The translations under genes were made by a program, and so were the position numbers. Below are positions 19,484 through 30,430 of a stretch of 60,975 nt of DNA, in pieces (the first letter of the stretch is position 1; each line of letters starts with the position of its first letter). The DNA comes from Patescibacteria group bacterium (GTDB lineage: Bacteria > Patescibacteriota > Minisyncoccia > Minisyncoccales > JAHCRE01), in the NCBI GenBank assembly GCA_020148025.1, contig JAHCRH010000002.1, positions 1 through 60,975 of the forward strand, read 5' to 3'. The notes beneath the pieces were generated by a model. That model was not told where the DNA came from. It saw nothing but the letters and a program-made list of their open reading frames with translations, and made no database searches.

Positions 19484-21148
19484 TTAAGTAGCACTTAAGG
19501 TTTCCGCTTTTGTTTCTCGTTTGGCTTTTTTCATTTTTCTTTCCAGCCTCTTTTTACTTAGCCAACTACGAAGAGGAGGATAAAACTTCTTAGAGAAAAG
19601 AGTCAATACCAGTCCCAATAAAAGCCATAGATACCACATTTTTAAAAGAGATTTTAGCATTAATCCTATAGTAGCTACCCACGTTCCGGATTCTTTAGCC
19701 CACATTCCGGATCTTTCAAGAGTAATTTTTACTGAATCAGAAACAGATAAGTTTTCCACATTAACATTTCCACTAATTTCTGTTTCAGTTTTTTCGATAT
19801 CGATGAGTTCATTTGGAGACATTTCTCCTCTAAAAGTGATTGTTTTTATTGTATTCGATGAGAGAGAGCCTGTATCAATACCGTCTCTAATATCGCCTGT
19901 ATAAGGAACTCCATCAATTTTTAATTCGCCCTTATAGATTATTTCCTGGGGAATTTCTGCTTTGACAATTACGTTATTAAGAATTTCTGGACTATTGTTG
20001 ACAACAACTATAAGAAAATCGGATTTTTCCTCAGGTTTTATATCAAACTCTTCCTTCCATTCCGTAGGAGTGGTTTCTGTTTTTCCTAAAATTGAAATTA
20101 TAAGACCGCAATCTCTAGAACATGTACAATTATTCTCCTCACAATTACAAATATCATCACCACAGTGGTTACAATTTTCACAATAATCTGTTGAACCAAC
20201 CTGACAGGTTGTTTCATCACATTTCAATTCATTAAAACATTTTCCATCTTGACATCCATCTATGGTGCACTCATTATCATCAGAACAATCTTGATATTTG
20301 TCCTGTCTTATTCCTTTTGAATCAAACCAATAAAGGTCATTATCATAACAATTTTTTATATAATGTTTAATATAAGTGGTTTGGGGTTGAGCACACTCTG
20401 AACTGTATTGACATTGAGAATAACCAACCACACAAACTTCCTTAGAGGAACAGTCATCAGAAACCAACCACCTGGTCCAAGGCGTCCAATCACTCCATCT
20501 TCCAGAACATTGAGAGCTGTTTCCTGAACAATACCTAAATCTAGTTCTTATTCTTCTTCCAACATCAGCTCCACAAACTGAACTCCAGGGACAGCTATAT
20601 TGGGTTTGGCTTTCCGTATCGCAAATTGCCGGATAAGATTTGTAGTGACAGCCATCGCAACAGGGTCCGCTATAACATTCACATGAACCCACACATTGTC
20701 CATTTCTACAAATTTGGTTCGAAAAACAATCCTGATATTTTTCTTGTCTGCCTAATATATAATCAAACCAATAAACATCATTATTGTAACAACCCAGGTA
20801 ATCATGATAAGAAACGCTACCCAGATCGGCCTGACAGGAATAAAAACATTTTTGCTTTGAATAGCTGCAATACCATTTAGGCCTCTGATTGGCAGAACAA
20901 AATCCATATCCATAAGAGGTGCTACCTGAACATAACTGAGGTGATGACCACTCTAGGCATGAATCATAATCATAATCGTCACAAACTAACCGGTAAGTAC
21001 GATTATAACATTGAGTCTTTCCAATAAAAGGACAGTCATCTGCACAGGATGATGATTGGCCAATTGAGCCACCTAAAAGGAAAATCAGAACCGATATAAT
21101 CAGAAAAATTTTTTTGGGGTAATGATATCTCTTTTTTGGTATTCTCAT
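19484..21148 (-). CDS. Cys-rich surface protein with DUF11-like domain and C-terminal TM
   Basis: Signal peptide, repeated CYxNDxYWFD...QxKYQDC units, C-terminal TM + basic tail. Confidence 0.75.
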   Translation of the reverse strand: MRIPKKRYHYPKKIFLIISVLIFLLGGSIGQSSSCADDCPFIGKTQCYNRTYRLVCDDYDYDSCLEWSSPQLCSGSTSYGYGFCSANQRPKWYCSYSKQKCFYSCQADLGSVSYHDYLGCYNNDVYWFDYILGRQEKYQDCFSNQICRNGQCVGSCECYSGPCCDGCHYKSYPAICDTESQTQYSCPWSSVCGADVGRRIRTRFRYCSGNSSQCSGRWSDWTPWTRWLVSDDCSSKEVCVVGYSQCQYSSECAQPQTTYIKHYIKNCYDNDLYWFDSKGIRQDKYQDCSDDNECTIDGCQDGKCFNELKCDETTCQVGSTDYCENCNHCGDDICNCEENNCTCSRDCGLIISILGKTETTPTEWKEEFDIKPEEKSDFLIVVVNNSPEILNNVIVKAEIPQEIIYKGELKIDGVPYTGDIRDGIDTGSLSSNTIKTITFRGEMSPNELIDIEKTETEISGNVNVENLSVSDSVKITLERSGMWAKESGTWVATIGLMLKSLLKMWYLWLLLGLVLTLFSKKFYPPLRSWLSKKRLERKMKKAKRETKAETLSAT

Positions 21149-21321
21149 AAAAAATTATTAGATTTCTTTCTATTAGCAAATATATTTTATTGTGTCAAGG
21201 AAAGAAAAAATCCGATGAAATCCCTCAGACGAAAAAACTGCCCAGCGATAGGCTTTTGTTTGGCTCCGCCGCGCGCTGAGCAAAATAAAAAACCGTTAGT
21301 TCCCTACCCTAACGGTTTTGC

Positions 21322-21349
21322 CTGTCAAATAATATACCTTAGCGACATT
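21322..21349. other. Degenerate dif-like site
   Basis: CTGTCAAATAA-TATACC-TTAGCGACATT, in the same position after R3 as the intact sites. Confidence 0.45.
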
Positions 21350-21551
21350 AAGGTGTCCTAGCGCCATCCGCAATTCAAAAATTATTATAATTCTGGAAAA
21401 TAAGGAGTATATGGCAATGATTAAGGAGAAACTGTTGGAAATTAAGAGATTTTATAAGGGCTTAAGGTTCTCCTATCAATAAAAATTACAGGGTTTAAAT
21501 TTGGGTTTAATCTGGTATAATGTATTAATAAATAAGACCGCACAAATTAAA

Positions 21552-23456
21552 ATGAACGGGATAGAAAAAGAAATTAATTACTTAATTGACAAATTCGGCA
21601 TAAAAAAAGAAAGGGCAATAATTTTAAGCTACTCTTTGCTCCTAAGAGATTATTTCCTGAATAATCTAGACAAACGGTATATGCCAAGAATTGAAAGTTT
21701 GATAGATTCACAGGTGGGATTTAGGATTGAAGATTATGACATACCTGATTTGATTATTAACGAGAATTTAAAAGAAACCCTAAACAATGGGGGGATAGAT
21801 ATAATAGGAATTTCTTACAATAAAATAATTGATAAAGAGCTAAGAAAGATTTTTGGCAAATTTTATACGCCCATTCCTTTAGTTGAACATGTATTGGATT
21901 CAATAAATTTATCTAAAAAACCGAATGGAACAGTTATGGATTTAGCTTGTGGTGCGGGGGTTTTTCTTTCCGCTGCAGTAAAAAGGTTAATTAGGCTAAA
22001 TTCTAGGCTAAATAATGAGGTTCTGTTAAATAAAATCATAGAACAAATTTATGGAATAGACATTGACGCTACTGCATGCACCTTAGCTAAATTAAGTTTG
22101 TTGGTATCAACTTTTCCTTTGTGGAAAAACATTATTCCCAAAAGAGATTTAGAAATTAAATTCAATATCTTTTGTAAAAATTCGTCACTCATTCCTCAAG
22201 GGCAAGTTTCATTATTTAAAACGGAAAGTAATAAACTCATTGAAAAATTTGACTTTGTTATAGGTAATCCGCCTTATATTGAGGCCAAAAAACTACCCAT
22301 TAAAGATAAAAAGATTTGTAGAAGAAATTTCCCAGATATAGCAAAGGGTGCATTTGATATATATATTTGTTTTATCGGCTTGGGCTTGAATCTTTTAAAA
22401 GAGGGAGGATATTTGGGTTTTGTTTTGCCAAATAAATTTTTAGTAGCGAAATATGCATCCCACATAAGAAAAAAGATTTTAGAAAATTATCACTTAACTG
22501 AAATTTGTGATATATCCAATCTAAAATATTTTGAAGGAACAGATGTTTATCCAATACTTTTAGTCGTTAAAAATAAAAAGGGAAAAGCCAAAATTAAAAC
22601 GATAAGCGGTCTAGAAAACAGGGATATGTTTGAGTCAAAAAAAATCAAATATATTAAAGTTGCACAAGAAAAATATAAATTATTAAATAAAATATTGCCT
22701 TTCTATTGTTTTGAAAAAGAAATTGACAAAAAAATACTATTTAAATTAATAAATGGAAAACAAAATAAATTGAGTGATTTTTTAGAAATTAAAACTACAG
22801 TATCTTTTCATGCTAAAGGACTAAGAGAAAAATATGTATCAAAAGACATAGACTCAAAGTATAGATACAAGTATCTAGGTGGGAAAAGCTATTCAAGGAA
22901 AAATGAAGTAAGAGCTTATCGTGTTGAATGGGATGGATATTATATCAATTATGATAATTTAGTTTTAAACAAAATAAATAATCCACTTCCACCGATTTCT
23001 AATTTCGAAAAGCCCAAAATTATATTCTGCCAGCATGCAAAAAGAATGTTAGCCTATACAGACATAAAAGGAGAGTGGGTCACAAAAGATGTTTTCCCAA
23101 TAGCGTTTCTGAAAGACAATGATGTTACTAAAACTTATTATTATACTGGCTTCTTAAACTCTAAAATTTTTTCTTTTATATATGGGGTAATTTACAAGGG
23201 AATACAAATTAGTGAGGGTTATTTTCATTTTCTCCCCAGCTTCTTGTCAGTAATTCCAGCCCCAGAAGAAAATAAATTAATAATAAAAAAAGTCGCACAA
23301 ATAGTGCAAAAATTACAAAAAAATAAAAGGATAGAAAAAAAATTAACGGAGAAAATTGATAAGCTCTTTTATAATTCTTTTAAATTAACCAAAGATGAAA
23401 TAGCCCGAGTAGAAATATATAACAAAAAATATCTAAACAAGTTTATAAGCCAGTAA
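21552..23456 (+). CDS. N6-adenine DNA methyltransferase (gamma class, TaqI/Eco57I-like); start likely ATG 21552
   Basis: GKFYTP, DLACGAGVF, GNPPY, C-terminal TRD (KPKII..LNSK). Confidence 0.92.
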   Translation: MNGIEKEINYLIDKFGIKKERAIILSYSLLLRDYFLNNLDKRYMPRIESLIDSQVGFRIEDYDIPDLIINENLKETLNNGGIDIIGISYNKIIDKELRKIFGKFYTPIPLVEHVLDSINLSKKPNGTVMDLACGAGVFLSAAVKRLIRLNSRLNNEVLLNKIIEQIYGIDIDATACTLAKLSLLVSTFPLWKNIIPKRDLEIKFNIFCKNSSLIPQGQVSLFKTESNKLIEKFDFVIGNPPYIEAKKLPIKDKKICRRNFPDIAKGAFDIYICFIGLGLNLLKEGGYLGFVLPNKFLVAKYASHIRKKILENYHLTEICDISNLKYFEGTDVYPILLVVKNKKGKAKIKTISGLENRDMFESKKIKYIKVAQEKYKLLNKILPFYCFEKEIDKKILFKLINGKQNKLSDFLEIKTTVSFHAKGLREKYVSKDIDSKYRYKYLGGKSYSRKNEVRAYRVEWDGYYINYDNLVLNKINNPLPPISNFEKPKIIFCQHAKRMLAYTDIKGEWVTKDVFPIAFLKDNDVTKTYYYTGFLNSKIFSFIYGVIYKGIQISEGYFHFLPSFLSVIPAPEENKLIIKKVAQIVQKLQKNKRIEKKLTEKIDKLFYNSFKLTKDEIARVEIYNKKYLNKFISQ

Positions 23457-24357
23457 AGTTTTCCTCGGTAAATATTTCCTCAAGCCTCTTCATCTCTTCT
23501 TCTCCAATTTTTCCAATGGATTTTAACCATCTCATTAAATAAAAATATTGATTTGGATGCAACATGGGCTTTATTACTCCCTTTAAATTAATTTCTCCTT
23601 TTAAAAACTTAACGATATCGCCTGAAATAACCCCTCTTCCAGCCAAATCTATTGCCATTCTCATTACGTCAACAGAGGTTAAGTTTAAACCTCCTTTTTT
23701 CTTAATATCTGCCTCTATGTCTTTTGGTTCTAATTTCAACAAATCCTTGGGATCCGGAAATCCATTTAAATTTTTATTATAAAATTCAATCTCATGACTA
23801 CGATATGGAAACCAACTTATACCTCGCTCACTCAAAGAACCCGGTGGTAAGTAGACTCCCTCTCTCTTAACACGTTCTTTTGAAACCCATCCACATATGT
23901 ATAATTTCCATTTCTTCTGTCTTGGCGTTCCAGGTAATTCTCCATTTTTGGGGGTTTCTAGGTGCGTCATAAGATAGATGTCAGTATCTAGTTCTCTATC
24001 ATAAACCTGACGGGCGAAAAGATTGTGCTTAGCTTCCCTTGGCATACCATCGCTTCCAGCATATAACTCCTGAAAGGGCCGAATTCCACCCCTACACTTC
24101 ACATCAACTTTGACGCCGCTTTTTAATGGAAAATCAAAACCTTTAGGATGGGTGATGGGGTCTATCTCGGGAAGCCCCAATTCTTTTCTGACAACTATTT
24201 CTGCTAAAGCACCGTAGGTTTGTTCTCTTGGTCTACCGGCTTCTGGTCCCCTTACAAGAACCTTTTCTACAAACTGCACTGCTTTGAGGCGTAATTCGTA
24301 TCCTTTTGGTCCCGCTAGACCGATCTCAATTGGTTTTGGTGTGGAATATTTATACAT
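23443..24357 (-). CDS. Putative type II restriction endonuclease
   Basis: GALAE..GFD..KVDVKC PD-(D/E)XK-like motif; convergent with and overlapping the MTase. Confidence 0.65.
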   Translation of the reverse strand: MYKYSTPKPIEIGLAGPKGYELRLKAVQFVEKVLVRGPEAGRPREQTYGALAEIVVRKELGLPEIDPITHPKGFDFPLKSGVKVDVKCRGGIRPFQELYAGSDGMPREAKHNLFARQVYDRELDTDIYLMTHLETPKNGELPGTPRQKKWKLYICGWVSKERVKREGVYLPPGSLSERGISWFPYRSHEIEFYNKNLNGFPDPKDLLKLEPKDIEADIKKKGGLNLTSVDVMRMAIDLAGRGVISGDIVKFLKGEINLKGVIKPMLHPNQYFYLMRWLKSIGKIGEEEMKRLEEIFTEENFTGL

Positions 24358-24441
24358 AAATATTGATCCTGTTTTAATTTATCACCTTTTTACTTAAAAA
24401 ACAAGCTGGTTTAAAATAGAAATCGCCCAGCGATGGGCTTT

Positions 24442-24900
24442 TTATTCCTTGACTATTTTTAGAATTTTTTTACCAAAACTTTCTGCTTCCTTTAAATTTT
24501 CTTCATTTGGTCTACCTTTATTAAAAATCCTCGGCCCAAAGTTTCCGATAAGTCTACTTAAACCAAGGCAGGAAAACCCATCAATAAAAGAAATCCCCTT
24601 GTTTCTAAGTTTTTCTTTTATAATTTTGAAAGTTCTTTTGTCTCCCCAAATGTGCATCGTACAAAAAGCAGCTCCTTTTTTACCAGACATAACAGGAAGC
24701 TCATCTAAGAATTTTTCTACCTTTTTTGCAGGACCAAAACCGTGAACTGGCGTTCCTATACATAATAAATCGTAATCCTTTATATCTTCTATTTTTACAT
24801 CTTCAATTTTTTTTAGTTCAGAACTTAACCCTCTAGCAATTGCCTTAGCAACTTTTTCTGTATTTCCAGTTTCAGAATAATATAGAACTAACGCCCTCAT
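24442..24900 (-). CDS. Flavodoxin-like protein
   Basis: YYSETGNTEKVA, DLLCIGTP. Confidence 0.9.
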   Translation of the reverse strand: MRALVLYYSETGNTEKVAKAIARGLSSELKKIEDVKIEDIKDYDLLCIGTPVHGFGPAKKVEKFLDELPVMSGKKGAAFCTMHIWGDKRTFKIIKEKLRNKGISFIDGFSCLGLSRLIGNFGPRIFNKGRPNEENLKEAESFGKKILKIVKE

Positions 24901-24981
24901 ATTGTTATTTTATCAAAAAATCACCGATAAGGCGATTCTTTACTCCCCCGGAGGGATGAATCTAGAACCTGTTTGGTGAAA

Positions 24982-25659
24982 TTATTTACGTAATTTTCTT
25001 TGAACTTTTTCGCTTGTTAACTCTTTAATCGCATCAGTAGCAATCCATTTAGCAGTTCTGTGATTATTTTTTTGAATTTCTTTAGCGAATTTAACTGCCT
25101 TTTTATTTAAATTTAAATTTCTTTTACCGATTTGCCTCAATGCCCAATTAACTGCTTTTTTTACAAAGTTTCTCTCATCCATTGAGTGTTTCTTTATTAT
25201 TGGGAAAAATTTATCAAAATCTTTATCTTTGGAGTTTTTATCGTGGACTGAAAGTGTCGCCATCAGAACAAAGCCTGCCCTTTTAACAAATTCCTCTTTT
25301 CTTTTACTCCATTCAAATGCTTTTTTGTAGGCAAATTTAGTTTTATCAAAAAGATTACCACATACTTGATCACAGACATCCCAGGAATCAAAATCTCTTA
25401 CCCATTTTTCCATTTGTCTTTCAGTTACCTCACTGGGTTTATCAATAAATCCAGCAAGAATTCTAGCCTCATGAATTTCTGAGTCCCATAACTGTTGGGC
25501 GAGCTTATGACTTTTTCCAATTTTTTTTGCGATATCTCTCAGAACATAAACAGAAATACCTAAAGTATTTTTTGGATTAATGCCGAACCTTGCCATTCCA
25601 GCTACATTCTTAGGATTGGAGAGCGATTTTAATTTTTTGATGATTTCTCTATATTTCAT
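24982..25659 (-). CDS. DNA alkylation repair protein (AlkD-like)
   Basis: FDSWDVCD, DERNFVKKAVNWALRQIGKRN. Confidence 0.9.
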   Translation of the reverse strand: MKYREIIKKLKSLSNPKNVAGMARFGINPKNTLGISVYVLRDIAKKIGKSHKLAQQLWDSEIHEARILAGFIDKPSEVTERQMEKWVRDFDSWDVCDQVCGNLFDKTKFAYKKAFEWSKRKEEFVKRAGFVLMATLSVHDKNSKDKDFDKFFPIIKKHSMDERNFVKKAVNWALRQIGKRNLNLNKKAVKFAKEIQKNNHRTAKWIATDAIKELTSEKVQRKLRK

Positions 25660-25750
25660 ATCTATTATTCTATCAAAAAACCGCCTTCTTGGAGATTAAT
25701 ATACCTTTTCCGACAATTATTGCCCAGTGATGGGCCTTTTTAAATTCTAG

Positions 25751-26434
25751 CTAAAAGTTTGATGCTTTCTTAAGCCACTGGTCGAATTTACAATCTGGAC
25801 TATGGGGAGGCGGCGTGTTTTTTCTCAAAAGAGTAACTGCGTCTTTAAAAAGTCCTGGGATATCCGAAGGGTTCGTTTCAATTTCATGGAGTTCTTTTCG
25901 AAAAGGTAATCTGTCTTCGAAACCACTTTCTTTATTAACTATATAAAAAGCTAAATAGCCCTTCCGGGGAGTTAAAAAGCCATTTTTTTCTAAAAGAAAA
26001 GTGTAAGTATCCATCTGCAACTGAAAACGATCATACACTTTTGCGACTTTACTACCGGTGGACTTATAATCAAGTGGAGCTAATTTATCTTCGGGAAACT
26101 CTAAAATATCATCAACTGCTCCAAAAAGAGTTGCGTCTAATTCAGAATCATAATAACGTATCCCTACAAAATTACTTCGCCATTGATTTAATAAATCTTG
26201 GTTTGGAAAAAGTTTGGCATTAACATTATTGGCAATAAGCAAAGGATGGGGTTCTCCTTTTGCTCTATACCCATCGAACTCTTGCTTTAAAAGAACGTCA
26301 ACGGCCATATTAAGAGCATAAGGATAAGGTGGCGGCCTTTTGATCCCTTGTCTTTTGTTCAGCCAAAAACAATGAGGGCATTCCAAAAATAAATTTAAAG
26401 AATTAGGCGAAAGCTGAATTGGTTTATTGTTCAT
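25751..26434 (-). CDS. PD-(D/E)XK nuclease (RecB/Cas4-like)
   Basis: LSPNSL..CPHCF, GAVDD, LDYKS, QLQMDTY. Confidence 0.85.
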   Translation of the reverse strand: MNNKPIQLSPNSLNLFLECPHCFWLNKRQGIKRPPPYPYALNMAVDVLLKQEFDGYRAKGEPHPLLIANNVNAKLFPNQDLLNQWRSNFVGIRYYDSELDATLFGAVDDILEFPEDKLAPLDYKSTGSKVAKVYDRFQLQMDTYTFLLEKNGFLTPRKGYLAFYIVNKESGFEDRLPFRKELHEIETNPSDIPGLFKDAVTLLRKNTPPPHSPDCKFDQWLKKASNF

Positions 26435-26524
26435 AATAATTATCTATCTTCAAAATAACTTCATTTTTAAAAAAATTCAAGAAAGAAACAAAAAACCGTT
26501 AGTTCCCTACCCTAACGGTTTTCT

Positions 26525-26552
26525 TTGTCTTGCAAGGTGTATTGTGCGACAC
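26525..26552. other. dif-like site
   Basis: TTGTCTTGCAA-GGTGTA-TTGTGCGACAC (11-6-11 imperfect inverted repeat). Confidence 0.75.
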
Positions 26553-26879
26553 TTTTATTGGTTCGAATCCTATCCCTCTTCCCTAATCGGTCTCGAACCC
26601 GTGTTTTAGGGGAAAAATATGGGCTTTTTGAGGCTATCCCAGAATGCCCCTCTCGGTCGGGGTGTTTTAACCTAAAATGAGACAAATGAGACAGTTTAAA
26701 AAGTAATAAAAAATAGAGTTGACTCCATTTTTATTTTTGTTATTTTTGACTAAAATATATTGAGGATATATAATTATTATGATGTAATCAAGAAGGATCT
26801 GTGAATACAACTTACTGGAAAAAAAGGAAAACTACAATTCATATCTTCTATCGATATATTTATTATCCTTCTCCTTTTC

Positions 26880-27872
26880 ATGTATAAGATTGTATATTTA
26901 TTTGGTGCAGGCGCAACTCATGCTGAAGTTGTTAATCTCAGGAAAGATCTTTCTGTAAAATTTCTAAAGGAAAATGGTTTATTGATAAATGATGTTTCTA
27001 AGAGAGTTATTAAAGAAGCGCAAGGTAATTCAAGATATTTAAAAAAGATTAAAATGGTTTCAGCGGCTGAGGGTTCTTTGAACATTGAATTATTGATAAG
27101 TCTGTTTGAAAAAAATCGTATCCCAGACGCCGAGTATAAAACTGACCTCCTAAAAAAATTAGTTAAAGACGATATCCTAGATAAATTAACTGATTATCGA
27201 CTAAAAAGATTTTATTTGCATAAAGCTTTATTAGAACTTCATTCGAAAATCAAAGATAAAGAAAAATTATTTGGTATTATTTCTCTGAATTATGATCATA
27301 TCCTGGATGAAGCATATAAGACTATATTTGAGCATGAACCAAATTACTGTTTTTCTTTAGAAGAATGCAAAAATATCCCTTTATTGAAATTGCATGGTTC
27401 TTTTAATTGGAAGAATATTATAATATACGGAAGAAAAAAGACTGTCCCAATCATTCCTTTTGGAATAGACAAAAATTATTTACAATTACCATATAACTTC
27501 ATTTGGGGTCGTGCAATGGAGATCTTAATAGATTGTGATGTACTTCGAATAATTGGTTGTTCACTCAATCAAAATGATGTTGGACTAATTGACTTACTCT
27601 TTAAAGCGCATCTAGCAAAAGGAAAACCGTTTGAGATTCAAATAATAGATTTCCAAAAAGTCGGTGCATCGATAAAAGGAAACTATGGTTTTTTCCCAGA
27701 AATTATAAAACCAAAAGATCTCGAGGATGCCTTAATAGCCGACGAGTCAATTCATGACCCCAGTAAGGGTGGAAATCCTTTTAAAATATGGTTAAGGGCA
27801 AAAGGGATGAAGATGTTAAAAGAAGAAGTTATTAGAAAAACCAAATATTTGAAAAAAGTTTTTGATTTATAA
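26880..27872 (+). CDS. SIR2-like domain protein
   Basis: LFGAGAT, SLNYD, KLHGS, IIGCS. Confidence 0.8.
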   Translation: MYKIVYLFGAGATHAEVVNLRKDLSVKFLKENGLLINDVSKRVIKEAQGNSRYLKKIKMVSAAEGSLNIELLISLFEKNRIPDAEYKTDLLKKLVKDDILDKLTDYRLKRFYLHKALLELHSKIKDKEKLFGIISLNYDHILDEAYKTIFEHEPNYCFSLEECKNIPLLKLHGSFNWKNIIIYGRKKTVPIIPFGIDKNYLQLPYNFIWGRAMEILIDCDVLRIIGCSLNQNDVGLIDLLFKAHLAKGKPFEIQIIDFQKVGASIKGNYGFFPEIIKPKDLEDALIADESIHDPSKGGNPFKIWLRAKGMKMLKEEVIRKTKYLKKVFDL

Positions 27873-27889
27873 TCACAGGCATAAAAAAT

Positions 27890-29005
27890 ATGTCAAAAAA
27901 AAATAAGAAGAAAAGAAAAAGCAAATCGGAGAAGAGAAGGAGTACTTTGCTACTTACAGTTAAGGAATTTATTAATAAATATGTCTATCGAATTGATTTA
28001 GATGCAGATTATCAAAGAGAAAAAGTTTGGTCAAAAAAAGAGCAGGAATTACTATTGGATTCGATACTTAGAGATATTGACATACCTAAAATTTATCTTG
28101 CCAAAGTTGAGGGCAATAAACAATTCGATTTTGAATGCATTGATGGAAAACAACGCATGATAACTCTATTAAATTATTTTAAACCAGATCCAAATGAAAA
28201 GAATTCTTTAATAGTTGAGGTTGCAGGAGGGAAATATACTTACAAACAATTAAAAAAAGAATATCCTAAAGCAGCAAAAAAAATTGAAAACTACGAGCTG
28301 ACTTTTATCATTTACAAAAAAATTGATGATGATCTTATCAGAGAAATATTTAGAAGATTACAATTAGGAATTAGACTGAATTCCGGTGAATTATTAAAAA
28401 CTTATACGGGTGCTATTAGAGATTTTATCTACAAAGAAATTGGAAATAAGGGTCCCTTCTTTAGATACACAAAACTATCTGAAAAAAGATTTTCAAGACC
28501 ATTTACCTTAGCTCAAATTTGCATTAATTCATTTAAACGCATAGAAACAGGTGATTTTGTCAGAGCAAGATTAGTAGATATCCAAGATTTTTTCGAAGAT
28601 AATTATAACCTAAAAAAGGACGATGAAAATTTAATTCGAATAAAAAAGGTTCTTAAAATTATGGATGCTGAATTTGGAGAAGATGCTAAAGACATTTCAA
28701 GCAGAGGGATTGCTGTAACAGCATATTTTTTTACTGAGAATTTATATCTAAAAGAGAAAAAAGGTCTTATTCCAAAATTTGTTGAATTCTATCTTAAATT
28801 ACTAGATGAAATCAAACATAATATGAAACTAATAAAGAGTTATGAAAAACCGGAAAATATTAATTTAATGGAGGAGTTCCATAAATATATCTTACAAGCT
28901 TCAGTTGAACCATACTCCATTCGAAGAAGACATAACTTCCTCAAAAAGGCTTTTGATTATTACTTAAATCCAGAGACAAAAGGAAAAATTATTGGTAGTA
29001 AATAA
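27890..29005 (+). CDS. DUF262 (ParB/GmrS-like) domain protein
   Basis: YQREKVW, IDGKQR, IFRRLQ.G..L. Confidence 0.85.
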   Translation: MSKKNKKKRKSKSEKRRSTLLLTVKEFINKYVYRIDLDADYQREKVWSKKEQELLLDSILRDIDIPKIYLAKVEGNKQFDFECIDGKQRMITLLNYFKPDPNEKNSLIVEVAGGKYTYKQLKKEYPKAAKKIENYELTFIIYKKIDDDLIREIFRRLQLGIRLNSGELLKTYTGAIRDFIYKEIGNKGPFFRYTKLSEKRFSRPFTLAQICINSFKRIETGDFVRARLVDIQDFFEDNYNLKKDDENLIRIKKVLKIMDAEFGEDAKDISSRGIAVTAYFFTENLYLKEKKGLIPKFVEFYLKLLDEIKHNMKLIKSYEKPENINLMEEFHKYILQASVEPYSIRRRHNFLKKAFDYYLNPETKGKIIGSK

Positions 29006-29009
29006 TTTT

Positions 29010-30254
29010 TTACGAATTTTTCCAAATAATGATGCTTTCTCTTGAGGGCTTTCTTTTAAATTTTTTCATTTGCTGAGCACTATTTCCTCTGTATCTGGCA
29101 ACAAATATGATATCAGTTGATAATCCTGTTTGTTCACCTATCTCAGCAAGTATTTCATCAACAGGAATATTAACACCTCCAAAACGAACATTGCTTATAA
29201 CAAGCCCTATCTTCCCGTTCTTTTTTAGATGTTTTTGCATCTGCAATAATGAAAGATACATATCTTCAAAATATCCTTCAATCATCTCGGGAATTTTTGA
29301 ATTGTTCAAACCTGCCTTTTTAACCTTAGTAATTATTTCGTCAATGGTTGAAGGTTTTTTATAACCATTAGACTTAAACTTCTTTCTTGCTTCGACATGA
29401 GATCTAAGTGTGTCATATCTGATTTGTTTTAATTCATCATTATCCCCAACAAAATTAAATATTAATTCAAGCCCATATATTCTCGTATAATCATGCCTAT
29501 TTGGATATGGTGGGGAAGTAATTATTGCATCAAATTTTCTCTTTGTTGAAAATCTTCTTGAATCTGATATTTTTGCATTTACCTTTGCATTAGTGAATTT
29601 TGAATTATCATTGAATTCTTCAACATCTTGAATCATTACTTCAACTTTTGATAGAAATTTCGGATATACTTCTTTTCCAGAAACATTTTTTTCATCAATT
29701 CGTAAAAAACCTCCCGCCTTTGAAGTATTGCTTACCGATTCAAGTATGCTTAGTAATCCCAACATATAGAAATCTCTCACTTTGAGATCTCGAATCATAT
29801 TAATCTTGTACTTTAGATAAAGTAATTCGTCTTTTACATCGTTACTAAAAGCCTTCTCTATAATTTTAATATCGGGCAAATAAGTATTCTTTACTGTTAA
29901 TTTACCATTTCTATTAAAATTCTTAAGTCGTTGTCTTAGTTTACAGGGCTCATACGTTCTCGTTTTGACGTTAGATAAAAATACTGAAAAAGGAAGTATA
30001 TCAAAACCTTTTGAATTAATACCCAACTCTTTGCATGCAAGTAATGTTGTGCCACTACCACAGAAAGGGTCTAGAACCCATGAACCCTTACTAAGTTTGA
30101 ATTCTTCAATTAGCTTTTCAACCAACCCTTTCGAGTAGCTATGTTTAAAGACATGCCAGTTATATATTGGTTTACCGCGGTCACTAAAAGGAGATATGAG
30201 TGGCCCATACTCATTTGTCTTCATAATAAGAGGAGCGATAGCCATATGTAACAA
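29010..30254 (-). CDS. DNA methyltransferase, probably N4-cytosine
   Basis: VLDPFCGSGTT followed by ITSPPY. Confidence 0.88.
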   Translation of the reverse strand: MLHMAIAPLIMKTNEYGPLISPFSDRGKPIYNWHVFKHSYSKGLVEKLIEEFKLSKGSWVLDPFCGSGTTLLACKELGINSKGFDILPFSVFLSNVKTRTYEPCKLRQRLKNFNRNGKLTVKNTYLPDIKIIEKAFSNDVKDELLYLKYKINMIRDLKVRDFYMLGLLSILESVSNTSKAGGFLRIDEKNVSGKEVYPKFLSKVEVMIQDVEEFNDNSKFTNAKVNAKISDSRRFSTKRKFDAIITSPPYPNRHDYTRIYGLELIFNFVGDNDELKQIRYDTLRSHVEARKKFKSNGYKKPSTIDEIITKVKKAGLNNSKIPEMIEGYFEDMYLSLLQMQKHLKKNGKIGLVISNVRFGGVNIPVDEILAEIGEQTGLSTDIIFVARYRGNSAQQMKKFKRKPSRESIIIWKNS

Positions 30255-30430
30255 TAATGTTTTTTAAAAGACTTAAAGAGTGAGCGAGAGAGCTTGATAG
30301 AAAATAAAAAATGGAATTTCATCTAACAAGTTTTAAACACACCCCATAAAAACTTGTTTTAAAATCGACCTTTTTAAAATTGCCCAGCGACGGGCTTTTT
30401 GAAATTAGTTCCCTACCCTAACGGTTTACT

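Noticed and set aside
25751..26434. cas4 as part of a CRISPR-Cas locus
   Set aside because: Standalone PD-(D/E)XK nuclease; no cas1/cas2 or array nearby.
26560..26600. Complete tRNA gene
   Set aside because: Only a T-arm-like GGTTCGAATCC; no D-arm or anticodon arm.
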